Below, one piece after another: positions 34,953-46,825 of a stretch of DNA of 64,000 nucleotides. Each line of letters opens with the position of its first letter. Position 1 is the stretch's first letter. The stretch comes from Azolla caroliniana (taxonomy: Eukaryota; Plantae; Polypodiophyta): the NCBI GenBank assembly GCA_043228905.1, contig JBHGNT010000005.1, forward strand, positions 15,810,001 to 15,874,000, in the 5' to 3' direction. The position numbers were made by a program, and so were the translations under genes. The notes beneath the pieces were generated by a model. The model was given only the letters and a program-made list of their open reading frames with translations. It had not been told where the DNA came from and did no database searches.

Positions 34953-37900
34953 TTATTCCTCATTTACCGGTTCATCCTCCGCCTCGGGCTGCTCGTCGTC
35001 GCTGTCCATGCCCCCGAGCTCCGGCTCCCCGTCGTGTCGTTTCTTGAACGCTTTGATCCTCTTCCCCGCTACCGGTATCGCCATTCTCGTACCGTCGAGC
35101 TCTGTGAGATGGTACGTCCCATTGGCGTTGGCGCCTGTTATTACGTAAGGCCCGAACCACCTCCTCGCAAACTTCCGCGTGGCCCTGTGCTGATTGTCGA
35201 GACTGTTGTCGTAGACTAGCACCCAATCGCCTTCCTCGATCTTCCTTGGCCGGAGCCTGTGTGTTCGGTTGAACCGGGCTTTGTTCCTTATCCTCGCTAC
35301 TCAAAGTTTCTCCGCGGCCCGTTCTACGTCCTTTGGCCTCCCCTCAAGCTGTTGAATCCGCGCCGACAACAGTTCCTCCCGGCTCATCTCGTCCCTCCAG
35401 TCCACCGTGGCCCACGAGGAGATCGTTCACTCTGTTGGCATGATCGGCTTCTGTCCGAACATCAGCTCGGCCGGCATGAACCCGGTTACCGAACTGTGCG
35501 TAGTCCGGTCCGCCCACAAGGCATAAGGTAGCAGTCGTGGCCAGTCCCCGACTCGGCCTCCACACGCCCGTACTAGCGCTTTGACAATTGGCCTGTGTCC
35601 GCGCTCCACCTTCCCGTTCGCCTCCGGATTGTACGCTGTGGTGAGCGAAAGTTTGACTCCTAGCCGGTCGAACAGCTCTTCGGCTTCTTCTACGTCCAAC
35701 TCACCACGGTCAGCCACGATCTTCCCTACGCACCCGTATCGGCATACTACGTCCTCAATCAAAAACCAGCATACGGCTGCCATCGTCTTGTTTTGCAGGG
35801 CTCGGCCTTCAACCTGGTTCGTTAGATCTTCCCGAGCCAGCACCAGATACCGCATCTGTCCTACCCCAATTGGCATCGTCACCAAATCCACCATCCACTT
35901 GAAGTGGACGGTCGGAGGGTAGGTCGGGTGAAGCTTGTCCCGGTGTCGGATCATGGAGTGCATCTAGCAACTTTCGCAAGTCGTCACGAACCGATGCACG
36001 TCCCGGTATAGTCCCGGCCACCAATACTTCCCCTTTAGCTTTTCGAACGTGGCCCACGTTCCACGGTGTCCAGCCCACGGGCTATCGTGGTACGCCACCA
36101 GCAAATCATCCTGTTCCTCCTTCTTTGCCACCACTCGGAGCGGGACGTCGTTCCTCTTCTTCGGGTACTTCCATATGTATCCGTCCCGAAGAAAGAATCG
36201 GTAGGCTTTCTTCCGAATCCGGTTGGCCTCGTCCGCTGTCCATGCCACGTCCGGTGTCATCGTTTTTAGGAACCCGCCGATCTGCAGCCACTCCCTGTCG
36301 TACTTGCTCTCGTCGAAGTCGTTAAGCGTCGGAGAGCATTCCCGTTGGTTGTCACGTAAGCCGCCTCGAAGAAGTCCACGCCGACTTCCTCGTCCTCTGA
36401 AACCATGCCGCCGTCATTTTCGAACCTCGCCCTTGAAAGCATGTCAGCATGGCGTTGTCTTTCCCGGAAATGTGTCGTATTTCCGGATTCAGGGACTTGA
36501 TGTACGCTATCCACCTGAGCATTGCCAGGTCCGGCGTCGCGCATCCGGAAACCATGCCAAGAATTGGCAGGCAGTCCGTCTCGATAATTACCTCTGTCCC
36601 AATTAGGTAGTCTCTATTGGCCTTTACCGCCGAAACGATACCCCAGAGCTCGCATTTAACCTGGGCGTATCCTCGCTGTCGCTCGCTGAGGACCTTCGCG
36701 CCGAACCGGATCGGGAAACGCGTGTCGTCCTCGCCCTCTTGGTTGACGACCCATCCAATCCCGGTCGGACTCGTGTCCACTGTTACGTAAATTGGAGTGC
36801 TCTGTTCGTAGACAGCCTTTCGGAGCGTCGGAGCCGCGGCAAGTGCTTCCTTCATCTTCCGGACAGACTCCGAATGCTCGTCTCTCCACTTGAATTTTTG
36901 CCCCTTTTTCAGCAACCCGTATAACGGCTCCGCGACGTGAGCGTAATGCGGGATCCATATGTGGTAGAACGCGCACGCTCCCAAGAACCTCCGAACCTCC
37001 GTGACCGAGCTACAGTCGTTCTTCATCGCGGAGATGGCTTCTACCTTAGTCGGAGACGGTTTCCGGCCGTACGGCCCGCATAGGTGTCCGACGACCATGA
37101 TCTCTGATTGCCCGAAGGCCGATTTTCCCCCGGAGAAGGTGAGCCTCGCTCCCTCCAACCTCTGCAGCACCTTCTCGCAGTCATCGATGTGCGTCGCCAC
37201 GAATATCCGGCATCCGTCCGGTCCGATCGTCTCGTCCCTTTCCTCCACCGGGCATCCCTTGATCGGGACATCGTCCAAAAACGGCATGGTGATGTCCGGG
37301 ATACAATCCCTCAGCACTTTGTTCTTTGCGTTCACCATGTGAGCCACCGAGTTCATCCCTCCTTGCGGCAGGGTACACATCCGTACTAGGCCGAGAGGAG
37401 TTCGCATTGTTGTGATGTCTTTGCTCTCTACGACAAGCTGGAACTGATCATACCCCGAGTAGAGATCACCAACCGAGTAAATCGACCTTCCGGCGAAGGC
37501 CTCCACGAACTCGTCTATTGTCGGTCCGATTCCTGCGTTTCGAATGGTCACCTTGTTGACCGGCTGCAGGTCTTGAATAAAGCGCAGCGTGCCTTCCTTC
37601 TTCGGCATGGTAAACCACCGATTCGAGTATGGTGCACTCGACAGTTCTAGGATTCCCATCTCGACCTTCTGCTTTAACAACTCCATCAGCTTCAGGATGT
37701 GAGCTCTGGGTACTGGAATCGGTTTGAGACTCCACGGCACATGCAGTATCGTGAATATCACCATCGGTTCCACGACTGTCGGGTCTACGCACCCGATCTC
37801 CTCCGGTGAGAATGTGAAAGCCTTCCCGTGCCTTCCGAGCATTCTCCGAAAATGGGCCAGCAGTAGGAAGTCGCCCCCACCGATTTTGAGCTCGCGTAGC

Positions 37901-40552
37901 GTTATATCGGTTAACGTGTGTCCTATGCGGGCTAGATTTCGTAAACTCGGGTCCGACGCAACCCCCTTTATTCGCAACTCGCTGCCCTCCGGCAAGGGAG
38001 CCGCGACTGGCCTCACCTTCCGGTCCACAGTCTTGTACCTCGTGTCCACCCGGGCCGTCCGACCCGACACGAGCCCTCTACTGAAGTCCGCGATGACTTC
38101 GTACATCCTTTCCGAACATACCGGAATCGTCCGGTCCTCTTGAAGGACTCCTCCGACTACCTCCCACAGCTCCCCCAAGGTATCGTCGTAAGAGACTGCC
38201 TCCACAGCTCCGTTGATTTCCTCTCCAAGGTCGAGGACGCCACATGCCCAAGTCGCTCCTCCGCCCTTCTCTTCTTCCGACCAACGACGTCGACTATCGT
38301 ACACCCTCCGTTGTCGGAGAACCAAAATTCCCTACTTATAGCATAGGTCTTCCTCGCTATCATACACTTGTGGGGTTTTCCCGGAGTGTCCGGACTATCG
38401 CGGCCCCACACCTTGATAGCCCTCTTAAAAAATCCTCCCGGCTTTCGCCCCCGAGGGTCTCGCGGTTCCTCTCATGGTTTGGTCTCACCGTCAGGAACTG
38501 GACCGAGTGACGCCCATCCTGGCTCTTGACCCTTGCATAGGCCGAGCCGTTGTCCAGCACCTTGGTCTCCATCCGTGTTGCCGTGATGTACGGTTCTCCT
38601 AGTATAACCGGATGTGAGGACATCTCCTGCACGAAGAAGTGCTGGTCAATCTCGACATCGCCGATCTTTACTCGTACATTCGGGCAGGCTTCATGCAGTT
38701 CTTCGGTGGCACGCGTCGTTGCCCGTATCTTCCACCCGTGCTTGGTGTTGATCGGCCATTTCCCCTTCCTATAGAAGTCCATGGACATCAAATTGATTTC
38801 TGAACCGTGGTCCACCAACGCCACCACCGGTTTATGAACATCTTCGATCTTCACGGGGGTCTCCATGGTCGCTCTAGCCCAGTGCGGCCTCGAATAGTGG
38901 CTCTCCGCCAACTCGTCTTCCAGCGCCGTGTCCTCTATGTGCGTCGTCCGCACCTCCACTGGCTTCTCCGGTTCTGTCTCCGTCGACAGCCTCTTCCTCT
39001 TCACCAAGTTTACGATGGAGTCGTGGAACTCCTTCTTGGCGATCTCGAGCACTTCCCTCAGCGACAGTTCCACCTTGCTGTCGAGGATTCGTTCTTCCAG
39101 GACCTTTCGCAGGTCCATGGATCTTTCGATTTTTGTGCCTAGCCCGTACCCACCCCTCTTGGGATTATCCTGGGCGCCGGTTATACCGGCCTCATTCCGT
39201 CTTTGCTCGAATCAAGTTTCATATCGCTGCGAGGGCCCGGCCCCTCCGGTTTTCCCTACTCGCTTGTCCTCCACTAGGGCCTCGTAGTTTTGACAAGCGG
39301 CTTCGACGAAGCCTATCTTTCCTTCCACCGGGTCACTCCACCCGGTTACCTCCCAGACCCATTTTTCCGCGCGGTCCACCTCTTCTTTCCTCAGTCGTGC
39401 GTCGGCGAGGCCTTCTAGCATCGTCGGCCAGAACCCGGCTTTGTTCGTTTTTGGGGCCTCGCCACCTCCGACCCGAATACCAGCTAACGCCGAGTAGTGG
39501 ACGGTCTCCGCGTGACGAGCCGCCGCCTCCTCCATCAGCCTTTTCATACCCCCTTTCCCAACGTTCAGGTTCAGGGTCCTTCGGGTCTCGCTGACGTGCA
39601 CCCGACCGTTCCACAGGTACACCACGTTGCTTCTCATTGCCTCGGCGAAGTCCCCGCAGTCCTTCCGGATGTGCCCAACCGCATCACACCACATGCACCT
39701 GTTTTCAGCCAGAGGTCATCGGTCACGGGCCTGTTTGCCACCATCCCTCCATGCCTAGGCAATCTGGAGATCCTTTACCATCCGCGTCAGCTCCTCCAGA
39801 GTTGCTCCCCTGGACGAGCCATTGACCATGCCGGTTGAAGCCGACCCAGTCTCGAGCTAATCTCGGGTCTCTCCCCTTCGCGTTGGTGGTGTTGGCTCGA
39901 GCTTCCTTACTGCGACAAAGCCCGCCCCTGTCGATCCATTGTCAGCCCATTCCCGCCGTTTGTCGAAACGGCCACAGACCCTTTTCACTACGGCCTAGTC
40001 GGCCGTCAGCCCGTCATCAGTCTCCAATAAGAGGCCTACCTACTCCCGATCCAGCTCTTCAGCCGACTTAACAAACAATAGGACACGACTTGTGTCCAGA
40101 ACGGTCCGGTCAAGCACCGAGAGGCGCGCGAAGCGTTCCTCAAACTCCCGAAGGAGCACTGACGCGTTCCTTCCTTTGTCGGGGGTCTCCACCCACTCCA
40201 TGAAGTCCCGCTTCGAAAGTCGAAGCGCATCTTCAAGCCCGTATCTTTCGAGGAGCCGACCTTCGAACTCCTCCGAGGTCCGGCTCTCGGCCCGTACCTC
40301 GAGCACCTCCGTATGGATACCCGGCATCGCCACTCGAGGGAACCCGGCTAGACACCTCTCTTCCGGAATGTCCCTCATTACCATCTTAGCCCGGTAGGAC
40401 GCCAAGTAGCTCGTGGCATCCTTTCCACTAAACCGGCCGATCGTACCAACAACCACCTCGATAGCCCTATCAAGGGCGCCAGTGCCTTCGCGCACACTCA
40501 CTATACGGTCTACAGCTGAAGCCATGGCTTCTGCAAGGTCCGACCCCCTCAT
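34953..40552 (-). pseudogene. G2 gag-PR-RT-RH-INT
   Basis: Gag 40552 onward; CMWCDAVGHIRKDC knuckle; ALVDHGSEINLM protease; DLYSGYDQ, LPQGGMNSV and PFLDDV in RT; VDTSPTGIG RH; WMVDLV, ADRGE, NGKVERGH INT; WFGPY. Confidence 0.93.
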
Positions 40553-40573
40553 CTTCTACTCCTCTGCCGCCTG

Positions 40574-40591
40574 TTCACGTCGGGTTCACCA
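40574..40591 (-). promoter_or_regulatory. PBS complementary to tRNA-Trp 3' end (18/18)
   Basis: Plus strand TTCACGTCGGGTTCACCA, 4 nt from the LTR end. Confidence 0.9.
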
Positions 40592-40595
40592 AATA

Positions 40596-41202
40596 TGTCG
40601 CGTTATTACGCGCGTGCGTGGAGAACAAGGCGGGACCACTAGGGACTTGGACCGAGGAATAAGTGGGGAAAAGAGAGAGAGGGAGAGAGAGACACGCTCA
40701 CACACGGATAGACAAAGAAGCGCGCGGGATGACTCGAGCGGTTACAGCCGATCAGGTCGGCGAGACGGGTGTCGACGCCTGATCACCCACGCACACAGGG
40801 GAGCAAGATGGAGATTCTACCGGAAGCACACGGGCGTTCCACGGAGCAGAATCAGCCTCTCGAGAACCTGCGCAAAGAAAGCTTATGGAGAATGACAGAG
40901 GAGAAGAGCTCGGTCCTAGTTCGACAGCACTTCGTCCCCTCTAGCGCGCGATGTCTTCTCTCCCCCGTCTCCCTCTCTTTTATAGCTCAAGGAGGGAGGC
41001 CGTCTTGCCCGTTTTACATCACATTAATTCTCTGTCCTTTCGGACAGAGATACTCCTCGATTCTCCCTATAGAATATTGTTACCTAGGATCTACCCCTTG
41101 CGCCTACCTATCTACTTTACGACAAGGGACGTGCCCACGTGTAAGGGCCGGTTCACACACATTATACACGGTTTGTGCCTGGGGACGCTTTTCTTCACGA
41201 CA
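40596..41202 (-). repeat. 5' LTR of G2
   Basis: Plus strand TGTCGCG...CACGACA; same termini as G1. Confidence 0.94.
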
Positions 41203-44200
41203 ACGTTCTGGAGGTTCGGTTGAACCTGATATCAACCGGTCAGCTAGATGATGAAGTCTACACGAGTAGCATCTACAACGGCGTCATGAAGTTTTGCAAA
41301 GGGAGCCTGATTGTGGCTCGATCCCGGAAGATCAACACATTGTACTTGATGCATGCCCAGATCTGCCGGGAGGAAGTGAACGTGTCATTAGAAAATGCCG
41401 GTGAGTTCTGGCACAAGAGGTTGTGTCACATGAGCCAAAAAGGGATGAGAAGACTTGCCGAAGATAACCTCATTCCGGAGGTGAAAGACGTGCATCTTGA
41501 GAAGTGCACCGACTGCTTGGCTGGCAAGCAAAACTGAACCTCTTTCTGGTAAAGACCACCGATGAGATGGAAGACCCCACTGGAACTTGTGCATACTGAT
41601 GTATGCCAAGTGACACGAAGTCACATGCCGGATCGCAGTACTTCGTGACATTCATAGACGACTACAACTGGAAGCTATGGATATCACCGTTGAAGATGAA
41701 GGATTAGGTGTTATCCATCTTCAAGGAACTCCATGCGAGGGTGGAAAGGGAAACTGGCCAGAAGCTAAAGGCAGTTCGAGCGGACAACTGAGGAGAATAC
41801 CGGGGGCAGTTCGAGGAGTACTGCTGGTCGAAGGAATCCGGCTCGAATTCCCCGTGCCGAAGATGCCAGAGCTGAACGGATTGGCCGAAAGAATGAACCA
41901 GACCATAATGGAGAGAGTCCAGAGCATGGTAGCACATGCAAAGTTACCCAAGACGTTTTGAGCTGAGGCGTTGATGACAACGACCTATGAGATAAACAGA
42001 TCACCCTCAACACCCTTGGAAGGAGACTCACCGCAGAAAGTATGGACCGGTAAAGGCGTGTCTTACTGGCATCTGAAGGTGTTTGGTTGTCTCGTTTATG
42101 TTCATGTTGCAAAGGACAAGAGAGAAAATTTGGATCTGAAGTCCAGGCCATGCATATTCCTTGGATACGGCGATGATGAGTTTGGATACCGAGTGTGGGA
42201 CTTGGTCGAGAAGAAGGTGTTCCGGAGTCGACACATAGTCTTCATGGAAGACAAGAGTATTGCAGGCTGGGAGTTGAATAAGAAGATAGCAGACTCTAGA
42301 TCGACTGATGGGACCCATCCGGCCGAAAGCCAAATAACGCTGGAAGAACCGGTCGAAGTCGGACAAGAGACCAAATCGATCGAAGAAGATTTGGACACCG
42401 GAACCAGACAAAACCCCGAATTAGATTCGGATGAAGAGTTTATGGAGGAACTGGTGGCGAGAACCAAGGAAGAAGATACCTTCTAAGAGAGAGAAGACCC
42501 CCCCGGAGATTTCCGGATGCAGAGCATGTGTTGCTAACCGACGAAGGGGAGCTGGAAAGCTTCGACAAAGCAAAGAAAGACACTCATAACCGCAAGTGGT
42601 TAAGTGTCGTGCAAGATGAGATGGACTCCCTGCATGAGAACCACACGTTTGTACTGACGGAGCTGCCGAAGGGAAAGAAAGCACTCTAGAATTAGTGGTG
42701 TACAAGTGGAAAACGGGGGACTCCGGAAATCCACCAAGGTATAAGGCCCGCATTGTGGTCAAGGGCTTCCAATAGAAGAAAGGAGTGGATTTCGATAAGA
42801 TCTTTGCCCCAGTAGTGAAGATGACATCCATCCGGACTGTGTTGAGCATAGCGGCAAGCATCGACCTCGAGGTAGAGCAACTAGACGTCAAGACAATGTT
42901 TCTACATGGCAAACTCAAAGAAGAGATCTACATGCAATAGCCGGAACGATTCATCAAAAAAGGGAAGGAGCACCTAGTATGACGGTTGAAGAAGAGCTTA
43001 TACAGACTGAAGCAAGCTCCCCTGAAATGGTACCGGAAGTTCGACTCCTTCATGGTCGATCAAGGATATCACAAGACGCAAACCGACCATTGTGTATTTA
43101 TGAAGAATTTCGATGGAGGAGAATTCCTGATACTCCTACTATATGTGGATGCATGGTTGTAACATACGTAGCACACTATATGCGTACAATACGTATTTTA
43201 TAGGTATTCTAAAAAAAATTATAAGTTCTTAGAATACGTAGTTAAAGGTAAAATACGTTGAATACACTGAGTACGTTTTGAATACGTTGAGTACGTTCAA
43301 TACGTGGTTGAATATGTTGAATACGTTGAATACATCGAATACTTGAACACCATTGATGTTGAATGCAAAGATACTTGGAATTTGATCACTATATAGTAAA
43401 TACCAATTATCTTTATTGCCCATGGATAAATGGTTATCTATGTTTCAATATTTACATAGTCCTTGAACTGGACCTTCTCAATGAAAGATTTGGGTATGAC
43501 ACGACAGATACTGGGGATGCACGTAGTCCAGGACCGGACGAAGAAGCTATTGTGGTTGTCACATGAGAAATACGTGGCGAAGGTGCTCCAATGGTTCAAC
43601 ATGATAGATGTGAGGCCGGTCGGATCGATACTTCTGACAAATTGCAAGTTGTCCGGAAAGCAAAGTTCGAAGACGAAGGCAGAGAAGTCGAGATGATGAA
43701 GATACCATACACCTCTGCCGTCGGAAACTTGATGTATGCAACGGTATGTACCCAATCAGATATTGGATATGTTGTCGAATTGGTCAGCCGGTTCATGACC
43801 AATCCGGTAAGACAACACTGGACCGCGGTTAAGTGGATACTCCGGTACTTGAAAGGCACCTCGAGTATGTGCCTCCAATTCGGCTCCGGAAAACCCCAAC
43901 TTGAAGGATTCACAGATTCGGATATGTCGGCTGATGCAGATATCAGCCGGTCAACTTCCGGATATGTTATGACATATGCAAGGGGAGCCATATCGTGGAA
44001 GTTGAGGCTACAGAAGTCCGTTGCACTATCAACAACAGAAGCGGAGTACATGGCGGTCGTGGAGGCCGGTAAAGAGGTAATCTAGATGAAGGACTTCATC
44101 GAAGAGCTAGGGATCCAGCAGGAGGAATTCCGGCTCTACTACGACAATTAAAGTGTCATCCACCTTGCAAAGAACGTGGTGTACCACTCCAAGACGAAGC

Positions 44201-44376
44201 ACATCTAGTGCAGATACCACTGGCTCCGAGAGAGAATAGAAGATCAAGACATCGTGTTGTTGAAGATCCACACGAAGGAGAACAGGTCGGACATGCTGAC
44301 CAAGGTGTTGTCAATCGACAAGCTCGATGTGTGCAGGAGACGGATCAAACTGATAGGGCATCCAATGCCGGAGTGA
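41203..44376 (+). pseudogene. B3 pol (PR end, INT, RT, RH), many stops
   Basis: HVLEVRLNLIS, FWHKRLCHMS, NGLAERMNQT, QLDVKTMFL, YVD, FTDSDMS, ending HPMPE*. Confidence 0.9.
43152..43458. mobile_element. AT-rich insertion with 9-bp tandem repeats, probable DNA-transposon end fragment
   Basis: Breaks B3 RT after YVD; starts CATGGTTGTAA; about 10 AATACGTTG-like units at 43252-43347; about 55 bp of host missing; no second TIR seen. Confidence 0.5.
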
Positions 44377-44386
44377 AGGGGGAACT

Positions 44387-44660
44387 TGTTGGAAATTTGG
44401 TCCCTCCGGATGAGAACTGGATGAGCCGGATCGGACGAGCCGAAGGAAGGAGCCGGATCAAACGGATCTGGAAGATATCCGGTGTGAACCGGATCTAGGG
44501 ACATATCTGTAAATATGTTTCTAGAGGGCTTGTCATGGCCATATTTATAAATAGTCCTAAAGTCATATAAGTATAAATATGACTTAGGGCAACCACTGAT
44601 GTGTGTGGTCATCAGAGTTGTTATAATTATTGTTGTAAAGAGAGAGAGAGAGAGAGAGAG
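44387..44660 (+). repeat. Truncated 3' LTR of B3
   Basis: Matches 33625-33888; similarity ends within the (GA)n tract. Confidence 0.85.
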
Positions 44661-45149
44661 AAGGAAATAACGATATATTAACATCTTCTAATGCCAAAAT
44701 TGGCCCATGAGACAAATGGTTTACAAAAAAAAAAAGGGAATATTTACCCATTCATCAAAAGTAAAAAATAAAATAGAGTTTTAAGCTAAATAGTTATAGT
44801 AAAATAACAAACATGTTCTATATAAGAAACATGTTCTACAATGAAAATGATGTTATATTAGGCCTAATTTCATTTCCATCCAAGTCTCTTGAAGAGAAGC
44901 GGGAGGTCAACATTTCGATGTGGATGTGGCTTGTGGTCCCAATGTAAAAGGTACCCCAACCATAGCTTCTAGTCGACATAGTTCACACGTTCCCTTATCT
45001 TCTTAATCTTTTCTACTCCGTGTCGACTTGTTTTAAAGCCCAACATCTGAGGGTGTTTGGTTGTTCTTTGCATTTCGGCTTCCTCAAGAGAGAGGCCAAG
45101 TGGCGTAAGTGTATCCACATTCATCGTCTCCCCTTGTTCCTGAAAAATT

Positions 45150-45649
45150 ACACTAGTTACAAGTTGATGATTAGTAAAAGGCTTATGGTTAACACTTTGT
45201 AATTTATTCTCCCTACGTTGTTTTAGCTCTAAGATATACCTACCTAGTCTCTTTACATCCGGGATATCTAATAGTTTGGAGAGGATGGGAGAGGGTCCTA
45301 ATATGTCTTGGTATTCCACTCATATCTTGGCATAAGTTGGGCACTTGCATGTGAAGTGATACTCATCCTCTATCTCTATGTGGCACAACCTACATATCCT
45401 TTCCTCTCTAGGGACTCTATTAGCCCGACCATTCTCAATCTCAAGTTGGTGAGATGATATCCTAAGTTGTCCAATGGCCACCCTTAGTGCATTTGATAAG
45501 AATGTATCTAGATATCTTGGTCGTGTAATAAAACCTAACTGAGAGAAGTGCAAGAAGTGTTCCTTATAGTGCAACATTTTAGATGGGAGTGGCTCTCGTG
45601 GGGTGATCCATTTATATCGAGTGTAAATGCTCTTGAGCCTTGTTGACAA
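45150..45649 (-). mobile_element. 5'-truncated LINE (non-LTR) ORF2 C-terminus, RTE-X-like
   Basis: QLRISSHQLEIENGR...REERICRLCHIEIEDEYHFTCKCPTY is the typical C-terminal CCHC module; continues past one TGA. Confidence 0.8.
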
Positions 45650-46144
45650 CTCATGGTAGATTTTCGAAATGAGTTGCTCTTATCTATGGGTGCATCGGCA
45701 ACAACCAATATGGCATCGGGAGGTTCAATAAGTCGGAAGCAACAAATTGGTGCGAAAAGAGGAGCCATGCCCAACATTTCACAAGAACTTATTGGCAGCT
45801 CCCCAAACACGACCAAAACACACACTGGTAGACTACAAATAGGTGCTCGTCGTGCTAAGAGGCGGTTCCCAATATGTGACACTGAGAAAGTTCGGTGTTT
45901 GCAATGTGATGATTTGACATTGACTTCAAGAGACTCCAATGCAAATTGCTACAAAATTTGTGGGTGTATCTTACCCTGCTTTGAACAAGAGCCTTGATCT
46001 CATAGTTTTTCTTACATTACATCATGTGATTTTTATATGTAAAATCGTGCAATTTTGTATTATAAAAATTAGGCTTGATATTTTTGAGTAATCATAGCAT
46101 CTTTTTAAAACAATGATCTCTTCAGAAATTTTAATCGAGTTCTT

Positions 46145-46378
46145 GGGTTAGGTGCATGCACCTAGGTTAGGTTTGTATACCCAGGTTAGGATCAGGTACC
46201 CGGGTTAGGTTTGTGTACCCGGGTTAGGTTAGACCTGGGTTAGGTGTGACAGAGGCTTGTCAGATCCGGGTTAGATGTGACAGATCCGATTGTCAGACCC
46301 GGATTAAATGTGATAGAGGCTTGTCAGACCCGGGTTAGATGTGACAGAGGCTCGTCAGATCTGGGTTAGGTTTTAGGC
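46145..46378. repeat. Degenerate tandem array with CCGGGTTAG core and TGACA..TGTCA mini-hairpins
   Basis: About 10 GGGTTAG-like cores at about 14-34 bp spacing; later units TGTGACAGAGGCTTGTCAGACCCGGGTTAGA. Confidence 0.75.
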
Positions 46379-46651
46379 GCGTGCTTTTTGTGGATAGAGA
46401 TTGAACGGTGCAGATCACGCGCGCCATTCAAAACATGTCTTGCACCGTCCGTGTCCGCGATTTCCTCACCAGGCCTAATTATGATTTGGTTGCAAATAGA
46501 AACGAGCTTCGACGCCCCTTTATAAGTTGTTTTTGATACTATTGAAGGAAATCTTTCAATTTAAAAAAAGAAAGACAGACGAAAAGCAATGGGTGACCGT
46601 CTCTGATCGGTGCTAATAGTAATGAATATGATGACAGTGCTGAAGCAATAG

Positions 46652-46789
46652 ATGTGGAAACCAAGTACTTGCAGCTGCCAGTTTTACCAAAAACTAAACT
46701 TGCTATGGAAGGATTACTTTCAGAATTCGTGGCTGTGGTATGACAATCGCAACATGAAGGTCAGTGTTTTCGTCATGTGTGTTTGTGCT

Positions 46790-46825
<36 letters not shown>

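Larger units (their letters stand above)
34451..41202 (-). mobile_element. Ty3/Gypsy element G2, tRNA-Trp primed, gag-pol coding but decayed
   Basis: LTRs 40596-41202 and 34451-34876 (truncated); PBS 40574-40591; PPT GGTGGGGGCGGA (34877-34888); right flank ACGT. Confidence 0.94.
33625..44660 (+). mobile_element. Ty1/Copia element B3 (Tork-like), heavily decayed, interrupted by G2; 3' LTR truncated
   Basis: LTR 33625-34149, PBS TGGTATCAGAGC 34153-34164, gag start 34188, pol 41203-44376, PPT GAAGGGGGAAC, LTR from 44387. Confidence 0.9.

Noticed and set aside
40574-40591. tRNA-Trp gene
   Set aside because: Only the 3'-terminal 18 nt including CCA are present, next to an LTR, so it is a PBS.
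45653-45997. 114-aa ORF as a host gene
   Set aside because: No recognisable domain or splice support; it lies between TE remnants.
46145-46378. Interstitial telomere
   Set aside because: GGGTTAG cores are separated by spacers and are not contiguous TTTAGGG/TTAGGG arrays.
44858-46479. TTAGGCCT...AGGCCTAA as a TIR pair of one Harbinger element
   Set aside because: The inverted match is only about 5 bp beyond the putative TSD, which is too weak.
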